Shown one piece after another: positions 62,120 to 64,000 of a DNA stretch of 64,000 bases. Every line of letters starts with the position of its first letter. The first letter of the stretch is position 1. The translations under genes and the position numbers were made by a program. This DNA comes from Chrysomallon squamiferum (taxonomy: Eukaryota > Animalia > Mollusca): NCBI GenBank assembly GCA_012295275.1, contig CM022671.1:32860001-32924000 (forward strand), given 5' to 3'. The notes under the pieces are model-generated. The model was not told the DNA's origin. It was given only the letters and a program-made list of their open reading frames with translations, and did no database searches.

Positions 62120-62695
62120 AAAGTCAGAAATATTTCTTTGTTTCGACCTATTTTTTTCTCCGCGCTTGTTTTCATTCTTTTCTTGTTGGAAGTAGTGAAA
62201 CTGGTAATTTCTTGATTTAATTCAACGAACAAAGTTATCAAAACGTACAATCATTCTTTTTTTTTATTATTATTTTTTTTTTTTTTTTTTATAATTAAAG
62301 AAATCCATTTGTATCTCGGTTCAGTGTTATTTTACTGTACATTTACTGTTTAAATCTGAACGACTATTTGCAGTTGTTTTTAATAATAAGATTTAAAGAA
62401 GATAAGCACGTTTGTTTTATGTAATATCTGTCTAATTATGGGTTAATGACATTTTACATATTTTCAGATATAAATTATAAGTATGACTTTTCGTGTATTT
62501 GTATTAATATCTATAATTGTATGTACATGTATATATGATATACGTGTGAGTTGTTGGAACGGGAAACAGCGCAGTGGATGCAGTAATCCCCTATTCTAAA
62601 AAATCTCAATATGTAACAAACCAGTTAAAAAAACAATATGTAAAAAACCACTGACAGAAAAAAAAAACAGAGAAAAACAATAACAGAGAAAAACA

Positions 62696-62747
<52 letters not shown>

Positions 62748-64000
62748 TAATCTAACTCCTTTTACTTATTTTAATACATTTATGCTGTTGAATAAAATAT
62801 ACAATTATTCACTGAAAAAGAGAGAACCTTTGACAATTTTCAGTGAAAAAAATCTTTTATTTTATTATATTTTGACGGACACACACCATAAAAGTTTATT
62901 GCAAGAAACAAACACAGAAGTGATGCAGTGTGAAGAACAACACTGAAGAGCTCTGTCTGTTTTCTTAGTCACAGCTCTCTGTTGCAGTGTGTCGGTGCTT
63001 GTGTTGCAGTTCTATTTTAGGAATCAGGAGTCGCCTGGGGAGAAATTACAAACCAATCTTTTTTCTTCCGTTCTCTCTCAACAATGTATTGTGAAAACCT
63101 AGACACTAAACTAAATAGATTAACAAGTCTCGTGAACTGAGTGTATAAATACATAGCGATGTATGTATCTGTGTATGCATGTAATAATGTATGTATGTGC
63201 ACATATGTAATAATGTATATATGTTTGCATGCAAGTGTATGTCTGTCTGTCTGTCTGTATGTATGTTGGAATGTACGTATGTATCTGTGTAACTATATAT
63301 ATATATACAACTAAATATTTTCTGTTTTCTTAAGACTCATAAGACAAATTGATCCTGTTTTTTATTACTATATATTATTTTGGAGTTTGAGGATAGCGGA
63401 GTTTAACCGCTGGTAATTCATGGTTTCTACAAACACGATTTACAAATGTGTGTAACTGCTGCTTTGGCACAGAATGTTAAGTACACAGGTGAAGCTGCTA
63501 TTTTGAAAATACTTATAGCGAAACGATCACCGTGCGATTTACTGGAATCAGAGTTCGTTCTTATATTTAACAATGATGATGATATTATAATGATGATGAT
63601 GATGATAATAATAAGTAATGCTAATAGTAAAAAAAGGGGGAATAAACGGAAATATTAAATAAATAAATAAAAATTAACAAAACAAAAAATAAATTCTATC
63701 AACTACATAATTATGCATAAATAATAATAATCAATCAAAACTGTAAATAAATAGGTGGCACAAATTCACAAATAATTAAAAAAAAAAAAAAAAGTAAGTA
63801 AACATAAAAGCTGTCAAAATAACCTACCTAGTTTCACTGTTTGCTTATTTATGCGGTCGGTGCAATTTGGTCAAACCCGTTGTTTGTGTCACGTGGACAG
63901 AAGCGGCTGTAATGACTGGACGATTTGAATAAAATACAGACCGTTAAACAATAATAGGTCATTTAATGTAAATAGTTTACAAAAAGTCAACTCCGTTTCC

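Noticed and set aside
58943-62250. Long ORFs rich in C/V/Y/M or H/T/I (also at 29.9-30.4 kb, 45.4-45.7 kb and 53.6-54.0 kb)
   Set aside because: These are translations of (GT)n, (GTAT)n and (ATT)n microsatellites that lack stop codons in some frames.

Overview
AT-rich, intron-containing animal genomic DNA, probably an invertebrate and possibly a mollusc (inferred from composition and protein divergence). Most short ORFs in the supplied track are microsatellite artefacts, so genes were rebuilt by hand from splice sites. Bases 1-29 kb hold a compact housekeeping cluster: HEATR6(-, runs off the window), COQ5(+), TPRKB(-), PGAM5(+), a KCTD7/14-like BTB gene(+), NIF3L1(-), SIRT4(+) and a WD40-only LRWD1/ORCA-like gene(-); six of these form three head-to-head pairs. 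Bases 32-46 kb hold a 15-coding-exon, ~768-aa 'mini-plakin' (partial plakin domain with SH3 joined directly to plectin-type repeats). ALKBH4(+) lies at 47-50.5 kb. Bases 51-64 kb are microsatellite-rich, with no confidently assignable CDS. Main points: (1) the mini-plakin sits between LRWD1 and ALKBH4, which are head-to-head neighbours in human, and this LRWD1 has no LRR domain; (2) LRWD1 and ALKBH4 each carry a single-base frame break; (3) two bidirectional promoters share an exact 17-mer; (4) SIRT4 has a GC-AG intron. All homology calls come from remembered protein sequences, not database searches.
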